Of a DNA stretch of 32,000 bases, positions 1 to 9,396 are shown piece by piece; the stretch's first letter is position 1, and the number at the start of each line of letters is the position of its first letter. The position numbers and the translations under genes are program-made. This DNA is from Paenibacillus sp. XY044 (GTDB lineage Bacteria; Bacillota; Bacilli; Paenibacillales; Paenibacillaceae). The stretch is from contig NZ_NQMO01000001.1 of NCBI RefSeq assembly GCF_002257645.1, forward strand, positions 574,065 to 606,064, given 5' to 3'. The notes beneath the pieces were generated by a model, which was not told where the DNA came from, made no database searches, and saw only the letters and a list, made by a program, of their open reading frames with translations.

Positions 1-2
1 GC

Positions 3-131
3 TTTTGTAAAGGAGTAATGCATCAAAGAATTAATTATACCGAAAATCTTGAAACAGGCAGTTATGAAGCGAAGTTTAGATGTAATAAGTGTGGAGCAAT
101 AGGGGCAACGCTAGAGCAATGGAATAAGTAA
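3..131 (+). CDS. 3' end of a hypothetical protein (partial, runs off the left edge)
   Basis: The frame is open from position 3 to TAA at 129-131. It reads ...FCKGVMHQRINYTENLETGSYEAKFRCNKCGAIGATLEQWNK, with a CxxC pair. The internal ATG at 18 has a poorly spaced SD. Confidence 0.35.
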   Translation, partial: FCKGVMHQRINYTENLETGSYEAKFRCNKCGAIGATLEQWNK

Positions 132-158
132 ATAAAAGAATAGATTAGAAAAGGAGTT

Positions 159-341
159 ATGAATATGGGTATTCTTGATCAAATGAAAGAAACGTTTAGA
201 CTTTTGACACAAGCAAAAGACGATTTACAGGAGTGGCTTGATGCAATTGAAGGAGACATGAGTTTCAATGCTGACGCAATCGAAGAAACTAAGTCACTAA
301 TTTTAGAAATTGAATCTTTTCTTCACGAAGTAGGTGCTTAA
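159..341 (+). CDS. hypothetical phage protein
   Basis: ORF-track ORF. The SD AAGGAG ends at 156, so the second in-frame ATG at 165 (8-nt spacing) may be the true start. Confidence 0.55.
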   Translation: MNMGILDQMKETFRLLTQAKDDLQEWLDAIEGDMSFNADAIEETKSLILEIESFLHEVGA

Positions 342-541
342 TGGATAAATACGCAGCCATCGACAAGTATGAAGCTCGAATAAATGATCTAGAAGAAAAG
401 AGAAAATCAACTTTATCGACCCTCGAAGATAAGGATGTAGCTAAGCACTCTAAAGTTGTACTTAAGGATGTAGCAGATATTGATGTAGAAATTGCAATAT
501 ACGTTGATGTTATCGAGACTATCAGTTCATTAGAAATTTAA
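341..541 (+). CDS. hypothetical phage protein
   Basis: The ATG overlaps the upstream stop (TAATG), and an AGGTG SD lies upstream. Confidence 0.55.
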   Translation: MDKYAAIDKYEARINDLEEKRKSTLSTLEDKDVAKHSKVVLKDVADIDVEIAIYVDVIETISSLEI

Positions 542-574
542 GATTGTATGTCATAATGGAAGGTTGAGGTAAAA

Positions 575-757
575 GTGGATCTCGAAAAACAGCTATTTGA
601 TAGAGTAGTTAAGTTCATGATTGATAACGGAATTAAATGTGACGAATATGTTGCTCAAAGTGACCACGTAATAGAAAACGCATATGAATTTATTGAGGAT
701 TTATTTAATATCGTTGAGCCTCGATTACCAGCATCGTTTTTGTATGCGGATGTGTAA
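575..757 (+). CDS. hypothetical phage protein
   Basis: GTG start preceded by GAGGT with 4-nt spacing. Acidic 60-aa ORF. Confidence 0.5.
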   Translation: MDLEKQLFDRVVKFMIDNGIKCDEYVAQSDHVIENAYEFIEDLFNIVEPRLPASFLYADV

Positions 758-762
758 TTTAA

Positions 763-1053
763 ATGAAAGGAGGTGTTAAGCTGAGTCGCAAACTTAAAAA
801 GAAAAGTGCGTTCAGAGTTCAAGATCTATGGGAAATTGAAAAAATGGCCCTATACGCCATTGCACGTACTGAGAAATACATAGAAGCTGAACCGAATCCC
901 AGATTGAGGAGCATGGCCAAGGGAAGTATTGAACATTACAAAGAGATTATTATGAAGTGTTATTGGCAGCAAGGTAAAAAAGCAGCAGATAGCTGGAATA
1001 AGTATTTGCCTGATTTAAATAGCCAGGATAGAGAAAGGAATGATGAAAAATAA
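763..1053 (+). CDS. hypothetical phage protein
   Basis: ORF-track ORF. The ATG at 763 has no SD, but a strong AAAGGAGGTG sits at 766-775, 7 nt before an in-frame CTG at 781. The start is therefore ambiguous. Confidence 0.5.
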   Translation: MKGGVKLSRKLKKKSAFRVQDLWEIEKMALYAIARTEKYIEAEPNPRLRSMAKGSIEHYKEIIMKCYWQQGKKAADSWNKYLPDLNSQDRERNDEK

Positions 1054-2165
1054 AAACTAACATATTTATTCCTAAGAAAATTAAAGTAGGATTCCAAAAC
1101 AGAGATAATACATATACAAAGAAGCTAGCTTATGTAATTTACTACGACCACAAAGATAAACTACGCAAAGAGGCATCTTGGCAGAACTGGAGAGATGAAA
1201 AAATTGATCCGGTTGACTATGATAATGAACCCCTGTCTGGGTTTGTATTAAATAAGAAAGTTGGAGATTACGTTTCAGATTGGAATCACCGCCAAGCATA
1301 CGTTCGAGTATATGATCCAAGAGGATTTGAATTCGAAATCACCATTGAAAACTTGCTTTATATCCTGGAAAATGCAAACTCAATCAAAGGTAAAGGGCTT
1401 GAGGGGGAGTTTGTATACGGATGGGACGGTAAGGAGCTGGTTTTAATGCCAGTTGACTCGCCGGATTATAAAGAAATTAGCTCATTTAATAAAATTCTAC
1501 ATGAGAAAAACTATATAAAATCTAAAGAATTAATTGTTGGGGCGACTTATAAAACAAAAGAAAATCAAGAATTAGTTTATATGGGCAGATTTGATTACTG
1601 GGGATCGAAATGGAATCGTGATAACGGCTCTTATGAATATCTAAACAAAGGAAAGTACTATTACTTCGCACAAGAAACAACAAACTATCGCAAGAAACCG
1701 GATCTTAATATAGTCGATTTGAAATCATTAGGCGATAAAATTATTGAATGCGTTACTGCGGAGTGCAGTGAACGATATGCAGATATATTTGAAATGCTTG
1801 AGCACAAATCATGCTATTCGCCATATGACGAAAGTAAAGACGAGTATGTCTACTACGACAAATATAGATTTTGTGAAAAGGTTAAAGCAAAAATAGATAA
1901 ATACTATTGGCATTACTCCACTTCTGTATATATTGAAAACAATGAGAACGGAATTGCGGAAGTTTCTGGTGATGGCAAGGACATTGCGCGTTATCAAATT
2001 ACACAAAATAAAAAAGTCCCTCGTGTTTGGGGTAGTGGATATGAGACGAAGAAAGAAACGTTGTATTCTGGCTCCCTAGAAGAAATTTGGGAAAGATATA
2101 AACCTAGATTCAGAAACAAATATCTAGCGAATGGAAAGCTATATCAAAATGGAGATGAAAATTAA
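1047..2165 (+). CDS. conserved-looking phage protein of unknown function; 5' end unresolved
   Basis: The frame is open from 1047. The first canonical start in frame is TTG at 1353, yet codons 1047-1352 read as ordinary protein (KIKTNIFIPKKIKVGFQNRDNTYTKKLAYVIYYDHKDKLRKEASWQNWRDEKIDPVDYDNEPLSGFVLNKKVGDY...). See the finding on the A-run at 1052-1056. Confidence 0.6.
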   Translation, partial: KIKTNIFIPKKIKVGFQNRDNTYTKKLAYVIYYDHKDKLRKEASWQNWRDEKIDPVDYDNEPLSGFVLNKKVGDYVSDWNHRQAYVRVYDPRGFEFEITIENLLYILENANSIKGKGLEGEFVYGWDGKELVLMPVDSPDYKEISSFNKILHEKNYIKSKELIVGATYKTKENQELVYMGRFDYWGSKWNRDNGSYEYLNKGKYYYFAQETTNYRKKPDLNIVDLKSLGDKIIECVTAECSERYADIFEMLEHKSCYSPYDESKDEYVYYDKYRFCEKVKAKIDKYYWHYSTSVYIENNENGIAEVSGDGKDIARYQITQNKKVPRVWGSGYETKKETLYSGSLEEIWERYKPRFRNKYLANGKLYQNGDEN

Positions 2166-2575
2166 TGGCAAACTTAAATGATCAAAAAATTCTTGAACTT
2201 AAAAAGCAAATCGAAGAGAAAAAGAAATTGATTGGTAAATCAAAAAAGTTCTCACCAATCACTAACTGCTCCATTGAACTTGATGGAGTAAGACAGAATA
2301 TTCAGACACTAGGCAAAGAACAACTGGTTCTGATGCTGATTAAACTAAATGCCTACGCAGCTTCTGCGAAGGAACTCGGTTTATTAGATGTATATAATGT
2401 TAGCGGATATAACGTAATTGAATGGATTGAGGATCTTAAAGCAAAACTTGACTTTATTAATCGTAAAGATGAAGAGAACAAACTAAAAGCAATGGAGGCT
2501 AAGTTGGATAAATTGCTGTCTGATGAAAAGAAGGTTGAACTAGAAATTGATGAAATTGAAGCAGCATTGAAGTAG
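2165..2575 (+). CDS. hypothetical phage protein with coiled-coil termini
   Basis: The ATG overlaps the upstream stop (TAATG). Both termini are Lys/Glu-rich and heptad-like. Confidence 0.6.
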   Translation: MANLNDQKILELKKQIEEKKKLIGKSKKFSPITNCSIELDGVRQNIQTLGKEQLVLMLIKLNAYAASAKELGLLDVYNVSGYNVIEWIEDLKAKLDFINRKDEENKLKAMEAKLDKLLSDEKKVELEIDEIEAALK

Positions 2576-2615
2576 TGGATGAAAGTCAAATTCCATCAAG
2601 AAAGGGGTCTTAAAT

Positions 2616-2798
2616 ATGGAGATTATTATTCATTTAAAAGACAATGTACAACTTATTACAAAGGTTAAAGCAGATAACTTTGATAATTTTAAGAGAGAAT
2701 ATTTCCAGGGTATTGCAGCCGGTAAAAAATTTGTGGCTACTGCAGACTCAATTCTTAGATACGACGATATTTTAATGGTTACGCAGCATTCTAAATAA
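2616..2798 (+). CDS. hypothetical phage protein
   Basis: AAAGGGG SD 8 nt upstream of the ATG. Confidence 0.5.
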   Translation: MEIIIHLKDNVQLITKVKADNFDNFKREYFQGIAAGKKFVATADSILRYDDILMVTQHSK

Positions 2799-2808
2799 AG
2801 AAAAGCCG

Positions 2809-2837
2809 TTGACTTAACGTTATAAAATAAATATAAT
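2809..2837 (+). promoter_or_regulatory. sigma-A-type consensus promoter
   Basis: TTGACT (2809-2814), a 17-nt spacer, then TATAAT (2832-2837), counted by hand. It lies in the only sizeable intergenic gap upstream of the nrd cluster. Confidence 0.6.
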
Positions 2838-2868
2838 AATATAATGTAGACATAAGGAGGCGATAAAT

Positions 2869-3093
2869 ATTAGAACTGTCTACGAACTAACCGATGTGTT
2901 GATTGATTGTTTTGAAAGAGATGTTGGAACAGAACTTGAGGAGATGCTGCACGACGACAAATACGTAACAAGTAAATTAAAGAAGCATCTTGGAACAAAA
3001 GTATTCAAGGAATACGATGCGTTGAGTGAAGATGTATGGCGAGATGCTTGGATGGATTTCGGCTTGAAGATGTGGAAGAAACAGAATACATAA
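2869..3093 (+). CDS. hypothetical phage protein (start either ATT 2869 or GTG 2896)
   Basis: AAGGAGG at 2854-2860 is followed after 8 nt by an in-frame ATT at 2869. The ORF-track GTG at 2896 has no SD. Confidence 0.5.
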   Translation: MRTVYELTDVLIDCFERDVGTELEEMLHDDKYVTSKLKKHLGTKVFKEYDALSEDVWRDAWMDFGLKMWKKQNT

Positions 3094-3112
3094 ATTTAAA
3101 GGGAGCACAAAG

Positions 3113-3379
3113 ATGAACTTGAATCCAACGATGCAAGAGATGATTGAAATTTTTGAGGACGCTAAAGAATTTGGAGCACAATACATCGCTGTAAAAATTG
3201 AGATGGACGGTTTTGAAAAACCGGAAGTAATTATCAACGAAAAAGAAAACATCGACACTAAGCTTGCTTATTATAAGAATACATACAATGAGGATCTAAC
3301 TCACAAATACTCTAAGGAAATTCGGATTGTAAATTACTCTTACGGTAACTCATATGACGAATTCCTTAATACATTATAA
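3113..3379 (+). CDS. hypothetical phage protein
   Basis: AAGGGAG SD 7 nt upstream of the ATG. 88-aa acidic ORF. Confidence 0.55.
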   Translation: MNLNPTMQEMIEIFEDAKEFGAQYIAVKIEMDGFEKPEVIINEKENIDTKLAYYKNTYNEDLTHKYSKEIRIVNYSYGNSYDEFLNTL

Positions 3380-3402
3380 ATACATAAAGAAGTGATTATA
3401 AA

Positions 3403-3756
3403 TTGCTGATTGTTTACGATTCAATGACTGGCAATGTGGATCGTTTTGTGAAGAAACTCGGTTTGAGGAATAAAAAGATTGAACCTAGACTAGTAGTTGA
3501 GGAACCATTTCTCTTAATAACCTATTCTATCGGGTTTGGAGAAGTTCCCAAGAAGGTGAATGGCTTCTTAACTGCTAATAGCCATAATCTACGTGGGGTA
3601 ATAGGTAGCGGTAACAAGATTTGGGGAGCCAACTATTGTGGAGCAGCAGAAAAAATTGCTAAAGAGTTCAACGTTCCGTTGGTACATAAATTTGAACTAT
3701 CGGGAACTGATAAAGATGTAGAGAAAGTACAACAGGAGGCCAAAAATATTGGATAG
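3403..3756 (+). CDS. nrdI: NrdI flavodoxin-like protein (class Ib RNR activation)
   Basis: The N-terminus MLIVYDSMTGNVDRFVKKL matches the NrdI signature (IxxDSKTGNVxRFV). Size is about 117 aa, and it sits immediately upstream of and overlapping nrdE. TTG start. Confidence 0.85.
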   Translation: MLIVYDSMTGNVDRFVKKLGLRNKKIEPRLVVEEPFLLITYSIGFGEVPKKVNGFLTANSHNLRGVIGSGNKIWGANYCGAAEKIAKEFNVPLVHKFELSGTDKDVEKVQQEAKNIG

Positions 3757-6700
3757 CGTTCCAAAGTATATCAAACTTAATAATGAGATTATGATCCAAG
3801 ATGACGGTAAGTTTCAATTTGAGAAGGACAGAGATGCAGTTAAAAGTTACTTTATTGATTATATAAACCAAAACACCGTCTTCTTCCATGATTTAAAAGA
3901 GAAATTGGATTACTTGATTGAAAATGACTACTATGAAGAAGAATTTCTAAGCAAGTATACATATGAACAGATTAAAGACATTTACAATATCGCCTATGCT
4001 AAGAAGTTTAGATTCCCTTCCTTTATGAGTGCTTTCAAATTTTATAATGATTATGCGCTAAAAACAAACGACAAGAGAAAGATTCTTGAACGTTATGAAG
4101 ATCGAATTGCTATTGTTGCACTTTACCTGGGCGATGGTGATTATGATAAAGCTAAGAAACTGGTTAACGCGCTAATCAATCAAGAGCTTCAACCATCTAC
4201 TCCAACATTCCTTAATGCTGGTCGCAAACGCAGAGGAGAACTGGTAAGCTGCTTTCTAATGGAGGTTAACGACTCCTTAAATGACATTTCTAAAGCAGTA
4301 GATATGTCAATGCAACTGTCGAAAGTAGGCGGCGGTGTTTCATTAAATCTCTCTAAGATTAGAGCAAAAGGGGAAGCCATTAAAGGCATCGAGAATGCAA
4401 CAAAAGGTGTTGTCGGTGTTATGAAGTTGCTTGATCACTCTTTTCGATATGCCGATCAAATGGGACAAAGACAAGGGTCAGGAGCGGCATACTTAAATGT
4501 ATTTCATGCAGATATTAATGATTTCTTAGACACCAAAAAGATCAGTGCAGACGAAGATGTTCGAGTCAAAACACTCTCAATTGGTGTTGTAATCCCCGAT
4601 AAATTCATTGAACTTGCTAAAGAGGATAAGGATGCTTATGTGTTCTATCCGTATACAGTTTATAAAGAATACGGAACGCATCTTGATGATATGGATTTTA
4701 ATTCAATGTATGATGAGTTGGCAGAAAATCCAAATGTCCGGAAAGATAAAGTGAACCCAAGAAAATTGCTTGAAAAGATGGCCATTTTGCGATTTGAGTC
4801 TGGTTATCCATACATCATGTTTGAGGATAATGTTAATGCTGAACACACATTACAGGAAATTGGCAAAGTTAAATTTAGTAATCTGTGTGTTACGGGCGAC
4901 ACAAAACTTCTTACGGCAGACGGATACCGTACAGCCAAAGAACTTTATAGTGAACAAGAGAACCTTAGAGTAGTGATTGATAATAGAACAAAAGAGTTAG
5001 ATGCTAACAACAGAGGGACGTCTATTGTAAATGCTATACCGATGCAATTAACAGCAAAACAAGCTGATGTTTATAAATTGTCTACACAACAAGGCTACGA
5101 AATCAATGCAACAGGCTGGCATAAGATGTATGTTTCCAGGGATAACAAAGTTATCAAAATTCCAATGAATGAGGTTGCTATCGGAGATAAGGTTCTTGTG
5201 CAATCAGGAGAAGGTTCTTTTGGTAAAATTCATGCTCCAGAACTTGCTTACATCGCTGGTCTCATCGCAGGGGATGGATGTATTGATGATACAACGGCAA
5301 TCATCTATCTGTATGGCAATAAATCTTCAATTAGAGATCGAGTCGAAAAAAATGTATCTTATATAATTGATCAATACTTGGATAAAAATTTTATATATAA
5401 ACACAGCGCAAATTTTCATCCAACATTTAACGAATCGTCTGATGGATCACGTATTGTATTAACTAGCCAGTTACTTAAAAAAGTGTTAGGTATGTTTTTT
5501 ATTAATAAAGATACAAAAACTGTAATTCCAGAAATTGTGTTTGCCGGAGACAAGGCGACTCAAGCTGCATACCTATCAGGGCTGTATCAAATGGATGGAA
5601 CAGTGAACTGCAATGAAAGATATAAGGCAGGATCAATTGAACTAACATCTACAAATAAACAAAGTCTCAAAGAAATTCAGATGATGTTGTTGAATATGGG
5701 TGTTTATAGCACCGTTTATAGTTACAACAATGAAGGTTTGCGATCAATGCCAGATGGGAAAGGTGGATATAAGGATTACTACTGCAAAGAAACGCATAAG
5801 ATTACTATCCAAGACAGGAACTCTAGGGAACTTTTTAACTCAATTATAGAGCTCAAAGATACAGATAGAACTAAACTTGCGGATTTCACTAAGACACTAA
5901 AACCTAAATCGAGAAATCCGAAGCACAACTATACTGCGACTGTCTCTAACATTGAATACATAGGTAAAGAAGATGTATATGACACCACCCAAGAAGACTA
6001 TCACTCTCTCATCTTTAATGGAATTGTTACAGGAAACTGTTCTGAAATTCTTCAGTATTCAGATGTTTCATCTTACACAGATTATACCCATGAAGATGAG
6101 CTCGGCATGGATATTTCCTGCAACTTAGCCTCTATTAATATTGTTAATGTGATGGAGAATAAATCTATCAAAGATACTGTGAAGGTAAGCGTTGATGCTC
6201 TGACTACAGTTTCTGAAAAAACCAGTATTGAAAATGCTCCTGGAGTACAAAAAGGGAACAATCTAATGAGGTCAATTGGATTAGGGGCAATGAACCTACA
6301 TGGTTTCCTTGCAAAGAATAAAATCATGTATGAGAGCGAACAGGCAAGAGATTTCGCAAACACGTTTTTCATGATGGTTAATTATTATTCCATTGAGCGT
6401 TCTATGGAAATCGCAAGAGATACCGGCATTAAATACTACGGCTTTGAAAAATCAACTTATGCTTCTGGTGAGTACTTTAACAAGTACACTAACCAAGATT
6501 TCAATCCTAACAATGACAAGGTTAAGGCGCTCTTTGAAGGGATCTATATTCCAACCGTTGAAGATTGGAAAGTGTTAAAAGAGATGGTCATGAAGCATGG
6601 TCTTACTAACTCTTACAGACTTGCAATTGCACCAACTGGTTCAATTTCATATGTGCAGTCTTCAACAGCTTCTGTCATGCCAATCATGGAGAGAATCGAA

Positions 6701-6997
6701 GAAAGAACTTATGGTAATTCAAAAACATATTATCCAATGCCTTACTTGTCGCCTGAAACATGGTTTTTCTACAAAGAAGCTTATGACATGGATATGTTTA
6801 GAGTAGTGGACATGATTTCAACGATTCAACAACATATTGATCAGGGCATCAGCTTTACATTGTTTATGAAAGACACTCATACAACTAGAGATTTAAATAG
6901 AATCGATTTGTATGCTCATCACAAGGGAATCAAAACGCTCTATTATGCCCGAACAAAAGATACATCTAGAGAAGTATGCTTGTCATGCTCAGTTTAA
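3749..6997 (+). CDS. nrdE: Ribonucleotide reductase class Ib alpha subunit NrdE, interrupted in frame by an intein
   Basis: Colinear with B. subtilis NrdE as I remember it ([42 protein letters not shown]...[44 protein letters not shown]-terminal CLSC). The exteins total 698 aa after removing the 384-aa insert. Confidence 0.93.
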   Translation: MDSVPKYIKLNNEIMIQDDGKFQFEKDRDAVKSYFIDYINQNTVFFHDLKEKLDYLIENDYYEEEFLSKYTYEQIKDIYNIAYAKKFRFPSFMSAFKFYNDYALKTNDKRKILERYEDRIAIVALYLGDGDYDKAKKLVNALINQELQPSTPTFLNAGRKRRGELVSCFLMEVNDSLNDISKAVDMSMQLSKVGGGVSLNLSKIRAKGEAIKGIENATKGVVGVMKLLDHSFRYADQMGQRQGSGAAYLNVFHADINDFLDTKKISADEDVRVKTLSIGVVIPDKFIELAKEDKDAYVFYPYTVYKEYGTHLDDMDFNSMYDELAENPNVRKDKVNPRKLLEKMAILRFESGYPYIMFEDNVNAEHTLQEIGKVKFSNLCVTGDTKLLTADGYRTAKELYSEQENLRVVIDNRTKELDANNRGTSIVNAIPMQLTAKQADVYKLSTQQGYEINATGWHKMYVSRDNKVIKIPMNEVAIGDKVLVQSGEGSFGKIHAPELAYIAGLIAGDGCIDDTTAIIYLYGNKSSIRDRVEKNVSYIIDQYLDKNFIYKHSANFHPTFNESSDGSRIVLTSQLLKKVLGMFFINKDTKTVIPEIVFAGDKATQAAYLSGLYQMDGTVNCNERYKAGSIELTSTNKQSLKEIQMMLLNMGVYSTVYSYNNEGLRSMPDGKGGYKDYYCKETHKITIQDRNSRELFNSIIELKDTDRTKLADFTKTLKPKSRNPKHNYTATVSNIEYIGKEDVYDTTQEDYHSLIFNGIVTGNCSEILQYSDVSSYTDYTHEDELGMDISCNLASINIVNVMENKSIKDTVKVSVDALTTVSEKTSIENAPGVQKGNNLMRSIGLGAMNLHGFLAKNKIMYESEQARDFANTFFMMVNYYSIERSMEIARDTGIKYYGFEKSTYASGEYFNKYTNQDFNPNNDKVKALFEGIYIPTVEDWKVLKEMVMKHGLTNSYRLAIAPTGSISYVQSSTASVMPIMERIEERTYGNSKTYYPMPYLSPETWFFYKEAYDMDMFRVVDMISTIQQHIDQGISFTLFMKDTHTTRDLNRIDLYAHHKGIKTLYYARTKDTSREVCLSCSV
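4886..6037 (+). mobile_element. Intein (384 aa) with a LAGLIDADG homing-endonuclease domain inside nrdE
   Basis: It starts with Cys in CVTGDTKLL directly after FSNL and ends at ...NGIVTGN. The next residue is the Cys of CSEILQ. Block B is ATGWHKM. The two LAGLIDADG motifs are [14 protein letters not shown] and [14 protein letters not shown]. Confidence 0.88.
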
Positions 6998-7017
6998 ATA
7001 AGAGGGAGAATAAACAA

Positions 7018-7992
7018 TTGACTAAAATTTTTGATGCTGCAAATTGGTCTAAACAAGACGATTCATTTACACAGGTTTTCTATAATCAAAATGTCAGACA
7101 ATTTTGGCTACCAGAGGAGATTTCCCTAAACGGGGATCTCCTGGCTTGGAAGTCGATGAGTGGACTAGAAAAAGATACATATAAAAAAGCTTTAGCGGGT
7201 CTTACACTGTTGGATACAGAACAAGGCAATACTGGAATGCCAAAGATTTCTGAACACGTAGAAGGACATCAACGGAAAGCAGTTCTTAATTTTATGGCGA
7301 TGATGGAGAACGCAGTGCATGCTAAATCCTATTCGAATATTTTCATGACACTTGCTCCAACAGAAGAGATTAACGAATTGTTTGAGTGGGTCAAAGATAA
7401 TAAATACCTTCAAAAGAAAGCAGAAGTTATTGTTGGTCTTTATAAAAACATCAAGGATAACGATGAAATTGCACTTTATAAAGCAATGGTTGCATCTGTT
7501 TTCTTGGAAAGTTTCTTGTTCTACAGCGGATTTTATTATCCTCTTCTCTGCTATGGTCAAGGCAAGATGATGCAAAGTGGAGAAATCATTAATTTAATTA
7601 TCCGTGACGAAGCTATCCATGGGGTTTACATCGGTCTATTAGCACAAGAAATCTATAATAAACAAGATGAAAAAACAAAAAATGAACTTATCATCTTTAC
7701 AACCAACCTGCTCGAAGACCTTTATGAAAACGAACTTCGTTATACAGAAGTTGTTTACGACCAAATTAGCTTGGCACACGATGTGAAAAAGTTCGTTCGA
7801 TACAATGCAAACAAAGCTTTGCAAAACCTGGGGTTCGATGTCTTCTTTCCAGAGGAAGAAGTAAATCCTGTTGTAATCAATGGATTAAATACAAAAGCAA
7901 AGTCACATGATTTCTTTAGCATGAAAGGCAGTTCATATCAAAAAGCGAATGTCGAGAGCCTAAAAGATGAAGACTTTTACTTCAGTAACTAA
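7018..7992 (+). CDS. nrdF: Ribonucleotide reductase class Ib beta subunit NrdF
   Basis: The TTG at 7018 (GGGAG SD 9 nt upstream) gives [15 protein letters not shown]..., matching the remembered B. subtilis NrdF N-terminus. The di-metal and Tyr-radical region reads [17 protein letters not shown]...LRDEAIHG. The ORF-track start at 6976 lies inside nrdE. Confidence 0.9.
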   Translation: MTKIFDAANWSKQDDSFTQVFYNQNVRQFWLPEEISLNGDLLAWKSMSGLEKDTYKKALAGLTLLDTEQGNTGMPKISEHVEGHQRKAVLNFMAMMENAVHAKSYSNIFMTLAPTEEINELFEWVKDNKYLQKKAEVIVGLYKNIKDNDEIALYKAMVASVFLESFLFYSGFYYPLLCYGQGKMMQSGEIINLIIRDEAIHGVYIGLLAQEIYNKQDEKTKNELIIFTTNLLEDLYENELRYTEVVYDQISLAHDVKKFVRYNANKALQNLGFDVFFPEEEVNPVVINGLNTKAKSHDFFSMKGSSYQKANVESLKDEDFYFSN

Positions 7993-8026
7993 AAAATAAA
8001 TATAATAAGGGAGTAAACAAATACAT

Positions 8027-8812
8027 ATGGAACAACCATTTCAACCGAAACTAAATAAACCATGTTTCATCAAAGGAATTAATAAAAAAGGTATTGTGAA
8101 AGACTCAGAGTTTGCAAAGGAACGTTTTTTGGTCACTTATTTCTCGCGTGATACAGATAAGAGAATCACAACCTGGTTCGATATTACTCAACTTGAAGAG
8201 TATAAGCCGAAAACTAAACGATTAGGAGGGATTGTTGATACTAATAAAATCAATATTCCTACTCCTGACATGGTTTTAACGAATGAACAGATTGAATCAT
8301 TCTCTAAAATTTTTGAAACTAACACAAGTAATATCTCAACAAGAATCTCGAATTGCATGAAAGAGGTTGGTCGTAAACTGAATTCACTTCAAATCAAAGT
8401 AAAATACTTTGCAGACATCGAACCTCTAAATAAAATCAGTAAGGGAGACTGGATCGATCTGCGTTCCGCAGTAGATATCGAATTAAAAAAAGGCGAATAT
8501 GCACTAATTCCATTGGGTGTTGGCATGAAGCTGCCTGAAGGATATGAAGCAAACCCGGTACCAAGAAGCAGCACATTCAAAAATTTCGGTATTATCCAGA
8601 CAAATCACTTTGGAGTAATTGACAACTCTTATTCGGGGAATGAAGATCAGTGGCATTTCCCTGCGCTTGCTATGCGAGATACTGTAATTAAGAAGAACGA
8701 TAGAATTTGTCAATTTCGTATTCAAGAATTGATGCCGGAAGTTGAATTTATTACTGTTGATAAACTTGATGATGTTTCAAGAGGCGGTTTTGGAAGCACA
8801 GGAAAGAATTAA
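8027..8812 (+). CDS. dut: dUTPase (trimeric type) with an N-terminal extension of about 120 aa of unknown function
   Basis: The C-terminal 140 aa resemble SPbeta YosS and B. subtilis YncF ([52 protein letters not shown]). Residues 1-120 match nothing I recognise. Confidence 0.85.
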   Translation: MEQPFQPKLNKPCFIKGINKKGIVKDSEFAKERFLVTYFSRDTDKRITTWFDITQLEEYKPKTKRLGGIVDTNKINIPTPDMVLTNEQIESFSKIFETNTSNISTRISNCMKEVGRKLNSLQIKVKYFADIEPLNKISKGDWIDLRSAVDIELKKGEYALIPLGVGMKLPEGYEANPVPRSSTFKNFGIIQTNHFGVIDNSYSGNEDQWHFPALAMRDTVIKKNDRICQFRIQELMPEVEFITVDKLDDVSRGGFGSTGKN

Positions 8813-8814
8813 AA

Positions 8815-9387
8815 ATGGATATAATCAATGATAAACTTATTTTAACTGACTCACAAAAAAGAATCGTGGAAGCATATAATAGAGGATATCGAGTAACTCC
8901 CGAAGGAGTGTTTTTAAATCGGCATGGTGTAGCTTTGTCTATAGAGCTTAAAAGTAAACAAAGATACCCGTCTCGTCAAATTTCTATTAATGGAAAGAAA
9001 AAGAATTATTATATACATCGCCTGGCAGCATATTGTTTTTATGGCGATGAAGTGTTTAAAGAATACATACAAGTAAGACATCTTAATGGTAATGTCCTGG
9101 ACATATCCAAAAGTAATTTAGCGCTAGGAACTTGCTCTGAGAATCATCATGATAAAAGTCCCGAAGTCAGAAAATGTTCAGCAACTAAAGCATCGCATTC
9201 AAGAAAGAATGTAACAATGAGAACATTGAGAAAATTAACAGACGAACAGGCTTTAAATGTAAAGATGTTACTTCATCAAGGAGTAGACTGCGTGACAATC
9301 TCAAAAATGTATAAAGTTAGCGATGAGACGATTCGTCAAATTAAGAATGGATTAACTTATAAAGAAATTAAACTAAAGGAGATTTAA
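8815..9387 (+). CDS. Free-standing HNH homing endonuclease with a C-terminal HTH
   Basis: HNH_3-like core YYIHRLAAYCFYGD...VRHLNGNVLDISKSNLALGT...ENHHDK. The C-terminal HTH-like segment is VTISKMYKVSDETIRQIKNG. It is wedged between dut and thyX. Confidence 0.75.
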   Translation: MDIINDKLILTDSQKRIVEAYNRGYRVTPEGVFLNRHGVALSIELKSKQRYPSRQISINGKKKNYYIHRLAAYCFYGDEVFKEYIQVRHLNGNVLDISKSNLALGTCSENHHDKSPEVRKCSATKASHSRKNVTMRTLRKLTDEQALNVKMLLHQGVDCVTISKMYKVSDETIRQIKNGLTYKEIKLKEI

Positions 9388-9396
9388 ACATAATAT

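Noticed and set aside
1040-1060. Mini-ORF MMKNKN (ATG ATG AAA AAT AAA AAC TAA) as a real leader peptide
   Set aside because: It is more economically explained as the true N-terminus of the 1047-2165 gene displaced by a one-base difference in the A-run. It is reported under findings rather than as a gene.
1081-1320. Minus-strand ORFs inside phage genes (1081-1320, 7192-7575, 13823-14176, 14963-15250 and similar)
   Set aside because: They lie antisense to better-supported + strand genes and have low-complexity Ile/Phe/Leu/Ser-rich products typical of AT-rich antisense frames. The whole phage block is otherwise unidirectional.
6976-7017. ORF-track start (6976) for nrdF
   Set aside because: It lies inside the 3' end of nrdE. 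TTG 7018 has a well-spaced GGGAG SD and reproduces the NrdF N-terminus MTKI(F/Y)DAANWSK.
3749-7992. Group I introns in nrdE/nrdF, as reported for the SPbeta bnrdE/bnrdF genes
   Set aside because: Both reading frames are continuous and colinear with the remembered B. subtilis proteins. The only exception is the in-frame intein, and no untranslatable insert is present. dnaE and thyX are also uninterrupted.
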